This document shows, in pieces, positions 1 through 10,082 of a stretch of DNA of 51,412 nt (positions within the stretch are counted from its first letter, which is position 1; each line of letters begins with the position of its first letter). The translations under genes were made by a program, and so were the position numbers. Source of the stretch: Nitrososphaeraceae archaeon (GTDB lineage: Archaea > Thermoproteota > Nitrososphaeria > Nitrososphaerales > Nitrososphaeraceae); assembly GCA_035297365.1 (NCBI GenBank), contig DATGZA010000031.1, positions 1 through 51,412 on the forward strand, in the 5' to 3' direction. Under the pieces are notes generated by a model. It made no database searches. It was given only the letters and a program-made list of their open reading frames with translations, and was not told the origin of the DNA.

Positions 1-76
1 CCCCTATCACCTTCTATCAGAAATGGAAATAGTTGTAACCTTACTGCCTTATGCACTCTAAATTTTTTACAGAATT
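1..76. repeat. Left arm of a perfect 76-bp inverted repeat (may extend beyond the window start)
   Basis: 1-76 is the exact reverse complement of 516-591. Confidence 0.95.
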
Positions 77-515
77 GAAAACATATTAAGATATTACAAA
101 AAATCATGAGTAAAACTTTTCTTGATTTTATTAATTGTATAAAATCATATTTATTTCATTTTTAATTTAATTATTTTGTTTGGTTTTATCCATTTAGCTA
201 TGAATGATTAGGAATTATCAGGTTGGGTCCTATATTCCTATAAAAACTAGCGAATTTTTCTCGATTACTAATTTGTTTGGCTGGTCATTTTAGTGAGAGT
301 TATTTTCATTTTCTTTTCGCATTCCTCAACCAAATTTATCAATATTATGCAAATATTAGAAAATGATCCGTATGAAAATCTAACTAGTTAATACAACAGA
401 ATTAATGTTTTTTATGAAATATAAAATTAATCCAAAAAAATATAGTCTTTTTACTATGTGAATTGAATCTAGCTCTAAAAAAGGACTCGAAGGTTGTGTT
501 TAATCTCTTTATTCT

Positions 516-591
516 AATTCTGTAAAAAATTTAGAGTGCATAAGGCAGTAAGGTTACAACTATTTCCATTTCTGATAGAAGGTGATAGGGG
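516..591. repeat. Right arm of the 76-bp inverted repeat
   Basis: aattctgtaaaaaatttagagtgca...gaaggtgatagggg equals the reverse complement of 1-76. Confidence 0.95.
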
Positions 592-964
592 ATATAGAGT
601 ATGATATACATATACAGTTTTTAATTTGTGTTTGATGGATAATACCACTAAAAATGAGTAGATATAAACAACGAAATTCCTACAATAACAATTAATAAAT
701 CTTCTTTACGATTTCCGGGTAAAAACCATTTTCATAAACATTCAACTATACAACATCACCAGACGGTTAGTAGCACTATTGTTATTGTCGCTGTCTCATC
801 CATGTTCAATGATTTAATAACAACAGATTACTATTTCTGATACCATAACTACTATCTGTTCAAGGAATTATGAGCCAACTCATCGGATAATAATCATCTT
901 TAACATGTAATTTTTTAGTTTGAACATTATTTTCAATAACATTAGTTTTTCCGAGTTTTGCTAT

Positions 965-1073
965 TCACTTTGAATACTAGATTATATCCAAAATTTCACT
1001 CCAGAACCAAACTCTGCATAGAATTCCGTTATCGAAGTCACTTTGAATACAAGATTATATCCAAAATTTTACT
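965..1073. repeat. Two 36-bp direct repeats separated by a 37-bp unique spacer (CRISPR-like geometry)
   Basis: tcactttgaatac(t/a)agattatatccaaaattt(c/t)act at 965-1000 and 1038-1073, 2 mismatches; no cas genes in the window. Confidence 0.85.
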
Positions 1074-1635
1074 GAATAATTATCGCCGCCAATCACGACG
1101 TCACCAGAAAGAAACAAAAATGCAAAAGATTTGAATATAAGTATCCATATTAATCGTTGCGACAGATTGACCTGAAAATCACATAAGACAATAAGAAGAC
1201 ATTTGATTGATATCCATTCTTGATGATCATACCAGCTGTGTTTTATCATATATTAAATTCAATGAACGTATATCAGAAAATGTTATCAGTCCGGTAAACA
1301 TGCAATCGAATAGAATAGAAAACCATTACACACGTTGACAGATAATGATTTACAGCTTTACAATTCATATTCTCAATTGATATAAGAGTTTGATTTATTT
1401 TGGAAATAAAATCATACACGGCATCTTATGACTAGAACGGCAAAACTTACTACTATCTTGATAAACATAGAAACATGGCGTCGTATATATGCCGTAAAAA
1501 GATCCCGTTTCGAAAGACATGAGCAATTTATTAAATGTTAGAACAAATAGGGAGTACATTTCATTGAACTTTATGACAATAATAACAGCATAAGTACTCT
1601 AAGAGGTCTAATAAATGTGGTGGGATAATACAGTC

Positions 1636-4353
1636 TTATAGAACGAGCGATGCTTTTTCTAAAATATTATTCAAGTTTTGTTTATTTCCCATCAGGTCGT
1701 TCCACGGATTATATTTGTTACTATTTAATATATCTGGAACATTGAGAAGCATAAAATTTGTTGGATCCACATCTAAAAGATCCTCCCATCTAACAGGAAA
1801 AGACACTGCAGCAGATTCCACAGGACGTGGGGAAAAAATCGATGCAATTGTTTTCCCTCTACTATTTTGATTATAATCAAAGAATACCTTACCACTCCTT
1901 TTTGATGTGTCCCATTCCGTAGTTATTTTTTTGGGGTACCGCGTGGTCATACCTTTAGCTATTACTCGTGCAAATGATCTTGTCTGGTCATAAGTATACA
2001 AATTATCTATAGGAACGAAAATGTGTATTCCTGTTTTGCCCGAAGTCTTCACATATGATTTTATTTTCAAATCGTCAAATAATTTTTTTAAATCTAATGC
2101 TACCTCGACTGTTGCTTTAAACCCTTTAAGACTATATTCAGGTTCTTTATGAATTGGCACATTATCTTGCACATTTAAATATATATATGGATCTAAATCA
2201 AAAATGATAAAATCTGGGAAATTTAAACCACATTTTTCTGGGTATAACAATCCGTCATTTCCCTCTGCATCTCCAAAGTCGGTAATCCTACTATACCACG
2301 GGTGAATCTCTATGCAGCCTAAATTAGCTAACCACAGAAGTGTTTCTTTGTTGTTACACAAAACATAGTTAATAAAACCGCCATTTTCGGATTCAGAATA
2401 TATTTTTACTGTCCTAACAAAGGAGGGTTTATTTTGATGCCAATTTTTATGATAAAATGATTTTCCTTTGATTCCATCAGGATATCTACTTAGGCTTAGT
2501 GGTCTGTCTTTAAGATAAGGCAAAACATATTTACTAATTTCATCATAGTATTCAATCAAATCTTTTTTTGTAATTTGTCGATGAGTTGATGTTTTATTCC
2601 AATACACTTTATCGAGATTTGAGAAATAAGAATAGCCATGGTTATTAAAAACATTATGATTGTTATTCTCCGTAGTAATCCGAATGTTAGCCTCTTTATT
2701 CTCACTTAATCTATGTTGGATCGTTGTTTCTATTACTTTTTTTGTATACCTTTGCTTTTCTATAAGACATTCTTCAGGTTTTTTATCTTCCCTAAGTCTC
2801 AAAAAGATAGGAGACTTCATTATATTATCTTTTGTCCAATCACTAAATTTTATTTCTGCTACAATTTCTGGTTTCACCCAGATAGGATCTCGGTTAGTAT
2901 ATGGAACATAATCGACAGCACATCTTTCTGTTATTAGATTTTGTAGTTTTTCATATATTTGTGCTAAACTTATAGAATCAAATCCACTTCCAGTATGTCC
3001 AACAAACTGAAATTTGCCTTGTGTGTCTCTGACTGCAATTAAAAGTGAGCCGAAGTATTTTTCTCGAGCTCCTTCACCCCTATTAAAACCTATAATTACG
3101 CAATCTTGAGTTCTGATATGTTTTATTTTTAACCAATCACTAGATCGTTTGCCTTGGACGTATTTACTTGATTTGTTTTTTGCTATCAGACCCTCCAATC
3201 CCATACTTTTGGTAGTTTCATAAACTTCTTCACCAATTCCCTCAATAAAATCCGAAATTTTGATTCTAGGATTTTCGCTGACAATCTTAGATAAAATTTT
3301 TCGTCTTTTCAAAAAAGGCAGATTCTGTACGTTTGTTCCATCAAGATAAAGAATATCAAATAGATAATAAGTTGCCGGGATTTCTATAGATAGGTTTTCA
3401 ATATCCCTTTCATCGTCAAGATTCATTCTTCTTTGATGGTTCTGAAAACTCGGTAGTCCTGTTTTGTTATCCAGTACGACAATTTCACCATCCAAAACTG
3501 CTGATTTACATCTTACAACGGACTGTGTCAAAGATTTTGTTGAAACTGGAGACTTTAATGCTCTTACTATTTCTGGATATCTATGAGTAATTATATGACC
3601 ACTTCGTGATTGCAATTGAAGTATTTCATTTATATTGTCAATAAACAAGATAGAACGGACCCCATCCCATTTGATTTCAAATACCCATTCTTTATTGTTA
3701 AATGGATTTTTTACTAATGTAGATAACATTGGTTTAATTGTTGAAAATTGATTCAATTGATTTTTATGAGTCGATAACATTTTTTGATATGATCCTCTTG
3801 ATTTTACTCCCATTTTAAAATGTAATTTTTTACTCTGAAATGTCTCTTTTCGCTCTTGTATTTCTTTCTGTTTTCGTTTATATTGCTTCTTTTTCTCTGT
3901 CTTTAATATTCCGGACAAAACAAACCCTGATTTGGCCATAGTTAAATCTTCTTTAGTTTTGAACTCATCTGCGGCTTTCATTAGAAGCCACTGCTTTCCG
4001 TCCTTTTCATTTTGTAGATTCATTCTTACTAAATAAAATTTTCCCTTTAATTTCTGACCTGATAATACAAAAGTAATTTTTCCTTTTTTGAATTGTTCTG
4101 ATATATCCGATTCGGATGTGAATGTTCCCTTATCCCAAATAATTACAGATCCTGCTCCGTATTCTCCTTCGGGGATCAAGCCTTCAAAATACAAATAATC
4201 CCGTGGATGGTCTTCTGTTAAAACTGCCAGTCTTTTTATTTTTGGGTCGAGTGAAATCTCTTTTGGTACTGCCCATGATTTTAATACACCTTCTAATTTA
4301 TCTTCAAGTCTAAAGTCATAATGTAATTTACTAGCATTGTGTTTTTGTACCAC
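1636..4353 (-). CDS. ligD: NHEJ DNA ligase D, fused phosphoesterase-ligase-polymerase; the true N-terminus probably extends to about 4450-4459
   Basis: PE: VQKH..KLHYDFRLE, SWAVPK, EDHP, GEYGAG. Ligase motifs: EIKWDG, LDGEIV, LFDILYLDG, EGLIAK, WLKIK. AEP polymerase: NLDKVYW, DLDP, KTSGKTGIH, FDYNQN. Adjacent to ku. Confidence 0.96.
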   Translation of the reverse strand: MVQKHNASKLHYDFRLEDKLEGVLKSWAVPKEISLDPKIKRLAVLTEDHPRDYLYFEGLIPEGEYGAGSVIIWDKGTFTSESDISEQFKKGKITFVLSGQKLKGKFYLVRMNLQNEKDGKQWLLMKAADEFKTKEDLTMAKSGFVLSGILKTEKKKQYKRKQKEIQERKETFQSKKLHFKMGVKSRGSYQKMLSTHKNQLNQFSTIKPMLSTLVKNPFNNKEWVFEIKWDGVRSILFIDNINEILQLQSRSGHIITHRYPEIVRALKSPVSTKSLTQSVVRCKSAVLDGEIVVLDNKTGLPSFQNHQRRMNLDDERDIENLSIEIPATYYLFDILYLDGTNVQNLPFLKRRKILSKIVSENPRIKISDFIEGIGEEVYETTKSMGLEGLIAKNKSSKYVQGKRSSDWLKIKHIRTQDCVIIGFNRGEGAREKYFGSLLIAVRDTQGKFQFVGHTGSGFDSISLAQIYEKLQNLITERCAVDYVPYTNRDPIWVKPEIVAEIKFSDWTKDNIMKSPIFLRLREDKKPEECLIEKQRYTKKVIETTIQHRLSENKEANIRITTENNNHNVFNNHGYSYFSNLDKVYWNKTSTHRQITKKDLIEYYDEISKYVLPYLKDRPLSLSRYPDGIKGKSFYHKNWHQNKPSFVRTVKIYSESENGGFINYVLCNNKETLLWLANLGCIEIHPWYSRITDFGDAEGNDGLLYPEKCGLNFPDFIIFDLDPYIYLNVQDNVPIHKEPEYSLKGFKATVEVALDLKKLFDDLKIKSYVKTSGKTGIHIFVPIDNLYTYDQTRSFARVIAKGMTTRYPKKITTEWDTSKRSGKVFFDYNQNSRGKTIASIFSPRPVESAAVSFPVRWEDLLDVDPTNFMLLNVPDILNSNKYNPWNDLMGNKQNLNNILEKASLVL

Positions 4354-4887
4354 AAATCTAGAAGCTTTATTGTATTCAGATTTTTTTTTATATCCCTTCG
4401 GTTCGGATGTTTTATGAAAATTTCTTTTCTCGTTATATTTTCCTAATATTATTTTCCATCACCAATAAAACTAAAGAAAAATGAAAATTGAGATCAAATT
4501 AAAACTATTAAGAACAATAAAGATGGAGTATAATAAATAATAAAATTTCTTATAATCGGTATTGCGAGCGTTCGCATGGTCAATTCGTAGGAAAGATATT
4601 TTAATGTTTGAGATGATTATAACGGGTAATTGATAGCAGTCTTCTGTTTCCTCGTTATATATTGGATCTAGCACTACTATTTCGTTGGTTATTTTCTTTT
4701 TGTTATCTCTCTTACAACCAAAAAACAATTTTGAACAATATATCAATGATATTGGTTTCCTACTCCAGTAACATTATTAGTGTATTACAAATCGGTTTCA
4801 TTATAATCACTTGTATTATTTTTTGTCTATGATTAATTGTATTAATATTTTGCCATACGCTTATTCTTTTCTCTCACTTGTTTAATC

Positions 4888-5721
4888 TCATTTGCTTTTT
4901 GATTTCTGTTTTACATTAATACTGGCTTTAAGAGCCTCAATTAGGTCCGTAGGTTCTTCTAATTTTTCTTCTTTAGTAGCTTTAAATTTCTGTCCCTTTG
5001 ATTTTGTTGCTATTAATTTTTCTAATTCTTTGATATAAGCATCCGAATATTTACCTATATCAAATTGGTCATTTGTCAGATTTTCGACCAGCGTTTTTCC
5101 TAAACTTAATTCTCTTTCCTCCACTTTTGGTTGTTTATTAGCAGAAATGCCTTGAATTTCATCCATTGGCCTTATTTCATCGAGGTACTTCAGCTGATGC
5201 ATGACAAGACCTCTCTGATATGGTCTTAGAGCAACAAGGTGTTCCTTATCTTTTATGACAACCTTCCCTATCGCAATTTTATTGGTTTCATTTAGTATTT
5301 TAACAAATAAAGAATATGCTTTATTGGTCATTTGGGACGAATTTGTCTTACTCTTCTTATTCCTTCCATCATCAGGACCGATGTAATAATGTTTTTCTAT
5401 ATAAAGTGGATCCAATTCGTCAGAGTTTATAAATTCGTTGATATCTATAGAATGAGTTGTTTTTAATTTAATTTTCTCCAAGTCTTCCTTTTCAAAAATT
5501 ACATAATTATCTTTTGAAATTTCATATCCTTTTTTTATTTCCGTCCATGGAACTTCTCGTTCTTCCACAGGACACCATTTCTTGTACCTGATTCTGTGCC
5601 CGTTTTTATCTACTTGGTTAAAAGAGGAGTATTCATCTTTTTGTGTGGCTACAAAAACCTGAACGGGAATATTTACTAGCCCGAAAGATATACTTCCTCT
5701 CCATAGAATTCTGCTGGTCAT
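4888..5721 (-). CDS. ku: Prokaryotic Ku DNA end-binding protein
   Basis: WRGSISFGLVNIPV, RIRYKKWCP, IKKGYE, LKYLDEIR, YSDAY, DLIEALKAS and a basic tail. Confidence 0.96.
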   Translation of the reverse strand: MTSRILWRGSISFGLVNIPVQVFVATQKDEYSSFNQVDKNGHRIRYKKWCPVEEREVPWTEIKKGYEISKDNYVIFEKEDLEKIKLKTTHSIDINEFINSDELDPLYIEKHYYIGPDDGRNKKSKTNSSQMTNKAYSLFVKILNETNKIAIGKVVIKDKEHLVALRPYQRGLVMHQLKYLDEIRPMDEIQGISANKQPKVEERELSLGKTLVENLTNDQFDIGKYSDAYIKELEKLIATKSKGQKFKATKEEKLEEPTDLIEALKASINVKQKSKSK

Positions 5722-6496
5722 TATAATAATATATAAGCTACAAACTTTAAAAGGCTATTAAGAGGAACGAAGTGTTTACAACGATATTAATCTCTATTTA
5801 TCCGTGACTGAATAATTATCCATTAATGAATACGAAGACTTGTTCATTTGTTGCCTCCTGTCTTAGATGAAAGGATTTAAATATATCAAAAACTTCGCAA
5901 AATTTCTATTGTCTTTTGTAGACTGAGGCCAAAAAAATAGATAAAGAGAAAAATATTACAATATTAGCGGATATTCTATTTCTGACAAATCTCAATAACA
6001 TAGATTGTTAGAATATAACATTCACAGTAATAGATCTTTCCTTAGGTTAACAGCGCCATTTACTATCATAAACGAAGAAGGATTTTATTAAGGATCAGAG
6101 AACTTATTCTAATTTGAATATGTATTATACAACGGGCTATGAATTCTGTTCACTAACTTATCAATTATTACTTGTGATGGTTATCTAAGTTAATGATTAA
6201 ATTTCATGGAACGAAAAGAATTATTAACACGAATAGATAGATAGCACAAATAATTGCCTCGGATAAATTTTCTATCATAACAGATCATTTTTGGTTCGTG
6301 ATTAACGCTAATGAAATTGTCAATTCTTTCGATTTTGTTTCTGTAGACAATATATATAAAACCGAACCATAGGAATTGTCAAACACAATCATCGTTATCC
6401 AGAGTAAGTATAATTTGTAGTTTACTTTCCTAAAGTAATACTAAAGTAGTTTTGAAGTATTTTTTTATCCTCGAATTCGTTGATAATATTACTAAA

Positions 6497-6712
6497 TCAT
6501 TTGAATTCATTTGAGAGATTATGCAACTTAAAATTTTTAATACGATTAATCTCGTTATCGAACCATTCTTCCACCTCTAAAGGATTATTCCTAATTCTGG
6601 ATTTTATATATTGTAATTGATCAATTCTATTGCTTTTTAATCCGTCTGCAAGAGGAGCATAAAATGAAATAACGGATTCTACTATTTTTTGGGTGAATAA
6701 GGTATGGAACAT
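6497..6712 (-). CDS. Hypothetical protein, possibly the 3' part of a nonsense-interrupted gene
   Basis: The ORF begins immediately after an in-frame TAA at 6713-6715. Confidence 0.4.
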   Translation of the reverse strand: MFHTLFTQKIVESVISFYAPLADGLKSNRIDQLQYIKSRIRNNPLEVEEWFDNEINRIKNFKLHNLSNEFK

Positions 6713-6861
6713 TTATTGGATCTCCTTGCTATCATTTGAACTATGTTTCTTATAAAATGAATAATTAGTCATAATATTATTTATACAACATCCTTTAATA
6801 ACCTCACAGAAAATTAGCCGAAATTTCAAAAACAAGTGTCTAAAATAACACCTAGGTTTAC

Positions 6862-6942
6862 TTATATTATTCCGAACAAAAATCTTAGAAGTAAAACTAA
6901 GACGATTATTCCGACAACAATTGATATCAGGGTCCAAATCAT
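6862..6942 (-). CDS. 26-aa single-TM microprotein MIWTLISIVVGIIVLVLLLRFLFGII (not in the ORF track)
   Basis: Manual translation; fully hydrophobic helix with one Arg; TTATAT box about 28 nt upstream. Confidence 0.65.
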   Translation of the reverse strand: MIWTLISIVVGIIVLVLLLRFLFGII

Positions 6943-7478
6943 AATTATTTTAATACACCATAGAATATAATGATTCATACCTATTTCTCGGAAAATATTT
7001 AGTTAATTATTATTTCTTTTTGCATGGGAAACAGAAGAAAAAGGAAAACAAAGATGTTTTTTTCATTAAACTTAAATCCTCGTACGGCTGATTAATGTAA
7101 TTTGTATGAGGGATGCGTATGACAATCTATATGTTTTGAACGATAATAAAGTATGATTTCTATGACATCACCATAAAACAGAAAATGGAAAGCTTCCTTC
7201 AAATGGCTTGAATGGGGCAACTAAAGGATTTAGTAAACGTAATATCATGACGAGGATCCTTCGAAATAACCGATTTTATTTGTAGCTGTTCTTCACGATC
7301 GTATGAAATATTATTCTATTCCATAATTTGAATATAGCATGTTATATAAGTGGCTAACATACAGCCAACAATTTTTTTATTCTTTATATCATGAAATAAA
7401 AAGAAACCAATAATGGAGCGCTTTTTAAAAAATCACTACTAATAAAGTATAAAAAGTATAACGTACATATATAATTGT

Positions 7479-7769
7479 ATGATTGCGTTACGGATTTCTA
7501 TTATTTTTTTAGTTGTTACTTGTATATCAAGTCCAATTACAATTTATCCACAATCAGATAATAGCACTACGGAACAAATCAAAAGTACGGCACAACAGAT
7601 AAAAGATCTGGCTTCCAGGGTAGCTAGCAATGCAAGCGATGATATTAATACCGAAGAAGCAAAAAAAATTCTTGTTCAGTTAGGAGATGCAGCTAGAAGT
7701 ATAGCTTTAGGTGGAGCGGATGTGTTATCTAATATAAGTGGAGAAATTAGGTCCGGGTTAAATAAATAA
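7479..7769 (+). CDS. Small secreted or membrane-anchored helical hypothetical protein
   Basis: N-terminal hydrophobic signal followed by an Ala/Ser/Gln-rich amphipathic region. Confidence 0.7.
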   Translation: MIALRISIIFLVVTCISSPITIYPQSDNSTTEQIKSTAQQIKDLASRVASNASDDINTEEAKKILVQLGDAARSIALGGADVLSNISGEIRSGLNK

Positions 7770-9417
7770 TAAAGTTATCCTAAGAAAGGAAATTAAAGAC
7801 GTTATTGTATTTACTAAAATGATAATAATATTATAGGCTATATGCATAAGATTAGAGTGTATATGAAGAGTCCTAAAAATAACAATAGAATCCTTTTGAC
7901 TTAGACAACGATTTGTAATGAAAGATTTCCAGTCTGAAAATTAAAACAAATTGTCCAATTTGTTATTTTGTTCTCTTTGCATTATAAATATTTATTCAGC
8001 CTATTTAACATAGGCTTCTGAAAGCTACTAATTTGGTTTAAAAATTTCATATGATGATATTAAGTGAAATATTCTTTTTTTATTAGAAACCTTTCTCTGA
8101 GTATAATAAATTCTCGTGATTCTGATCTTCATTATTGAAATCAAAAAGTAAACAATTTTAAAATGAAGAATAGATTCCACAGAAATAGACATAATTAAAG
8201 CACAGCGTACAAAAGAAATTAAAGCATTAATAAATAAATTGAACTCAGTAGCTTGAACCGCTTATAATAATTCTATAATAACATAAATAGAAATATTAAA
8301 ATGAATTTAATATAAAATATAAATAGAAAGTATACTCAGATAAGCGAAATTCTATCATAGAGAAAAAAGGATTTCAATTAATCAGAGACTGAAAGAATAA
8401 TATAGAACTGAATCTTACACGATTTTTGGAATTACTCTGCACATTGTCAAATGATTGAAATATCGACATATTTATTTTTACTCAAGGCAATAAATTATTA
8501 GTCCTTAGTCAAGTAAATAAATCCTGATAGTAGTTTTTTACTTTATAATATTCAACATTCATGTCTCAAGATGAACTTATAATTTTTCTTTTAGCACATT
8601 TGTATTCGTTATCTTCCTGTATCTTGAAGCAGTAGAATTCTATTCATATGAATCTATTAATAAATTTGAGAGGGCAGACAAGTATGACATTAAATTCATT
8701 TCTCTACAAGACATGACATGAATTTTACGGGGCGATACCGTCAATTATCGTATTATTTACAAGAACAATATTGTCTACTAAGATAGTAAGATTTCCTCTA
8801 TATTCATTAAAGTTGACATCATAAAATCCTCTACCATTTATTGCAGATTGATAGATTTTCTTCCACAACTCATTACCTTGAGTCGTAAATAATTACGTCG
8901 AATATCGATGGCACACGAGCCAATATTCAAAATTCGATATAACCATTATTTTTTTAGATACTCTTGCTTCATATTCTTACGTGAATAAATTATCATATAA
9001 TTATAAGAATACATTTTTAATTATGAATACTTCACGTACGGCTAAAGGTTGTCGATTGATATACATCAAAGGAATATCATGATTAGTTCTGGTGTTGATT
9101 TCGTGATAATATCCAATTAAAGGTAAAAAGTTAATAATCCAAAATATATGAATTTTGGAACCTTATTATTCATTACTTTAAAGAAAAATTGCGCTTTAAT
9201 TAATGGAATTTTTAAAAGAATGGAATTTTTAAAAGGACTTCTTTTCCTAAAGAATACCTATGTAACAAATACTTTTTAGGATTCATCTCTTGTTGCCTTG
9301 CAATTATGAATAATTCGGAAAAGTTTTTTAACCACATGACCTTATTCCGTACTTTTTATAACTTATTTAAACGATAAGGCCTACTTTAGTTTACCCATAC
9401 AAATAGTCCAAGTTTTG

Positions 9418-9477
9418 ACTCCGTTCCTTGTGACTAGGGAGAAGGCAAGCCAAACACGGAGTTGGCTAACGCCTTCT
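9418..9477 (+). ncRNA. Candidate pseudoknotted structured RNA element
   Basis: GC-rich island; stems 9425-30/9435-40, 9441-46/9471-76 and 9448-53/9462-67; loop 9456-61 is complementary to 9419-24. Confidence 0.45.
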
Positions 9478-9708
9478 ATTTAAATCAAATACATGCACGT
9501 GAGTATTTTCATGGAGCAAAAAAGAAGAATTGAAAAAATCTGGTTATTTAGTTTTTATCATATGATTCCATAAGATAGATGGAAATACATTTTACTTCAC
9601 ATTAGATCAAAATATAATTCGAGTAGATTAGAATTGTTTGAGCTGTTTTAAATCCCTTAAACAATGGCAATTTACATCTTCGATTAAAATATAATAAAAA
9701 AAAATTGT

Positions 9709-9906
9709 TTAAACAGAATCTTTATCGGATTCTGTCTCGTCTACTGTTTCAGCAGCCTCTGCTCTCAAATTCTCTGCAGGTCCGGTAGTCGAAGGATCAG
9801 ACTCTGCTGCTCCTACATCGTTTTGATCATCTTGAATCGAATCTAAATCTTCGTCTTTTTTAAATCTCTTCTCTCGGTTGTCCTTTTCAGAATATATATT
9901 ACTCAT
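9709..9906 (-). CDS. Small acidic hydrophilic (likely disordered) protein
   Basis: D/E-rich 65 aa; TTATAA box at 9930-9935, leaderless-type start. Confidence 0.75.
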   Translation of the reverse strand: MSNIYSEKDNREKRFKKDEDLDSIQDDQNDVGAAESDPSTTGPAENLRAEAAETVDETESDKDSV

Positions 9907-10082
9907 TGATATAATATATACAACAAAAGTTATAACGTTGTACTAAAAGTATTTGACTAGCTAACCTACCGATTAATTATACGTGAAATAAAATGGTGAA
10001 TGAATAATTAATAGTACATTTTAAAATTGTAATTAATATGTTCTAAAAAAATTGTCTTTCTTTAAATAATGAACTCATATAA

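Noticed and set aside
969-992. Archaeal dif/Xer site (TTATATCCAAA arm)
   Set aside because: The arms are separated by 2 nt rather than the 6-nt dif spacer
4471-4746. 91-aa ORF between ku and ligD
   Set aside because: TTG start, no recognisable motif; cannot be supported as a third NHEJ gene
5940-6120. Possible second MEDS-like remnant
   Set aside because: Only scattered short motifs over several frames; too weak to call
6713-6937. 74-aa ORF MDPDINCC...
   Set aside because: Overlaps the better-supported 26-aa TM microprotein in another frame
9202-9235. 17-bp perfect tandem duplication aatggaatttttaaaag
   Set aside because: Two adjacent copies with no spacer; likely replication slippage
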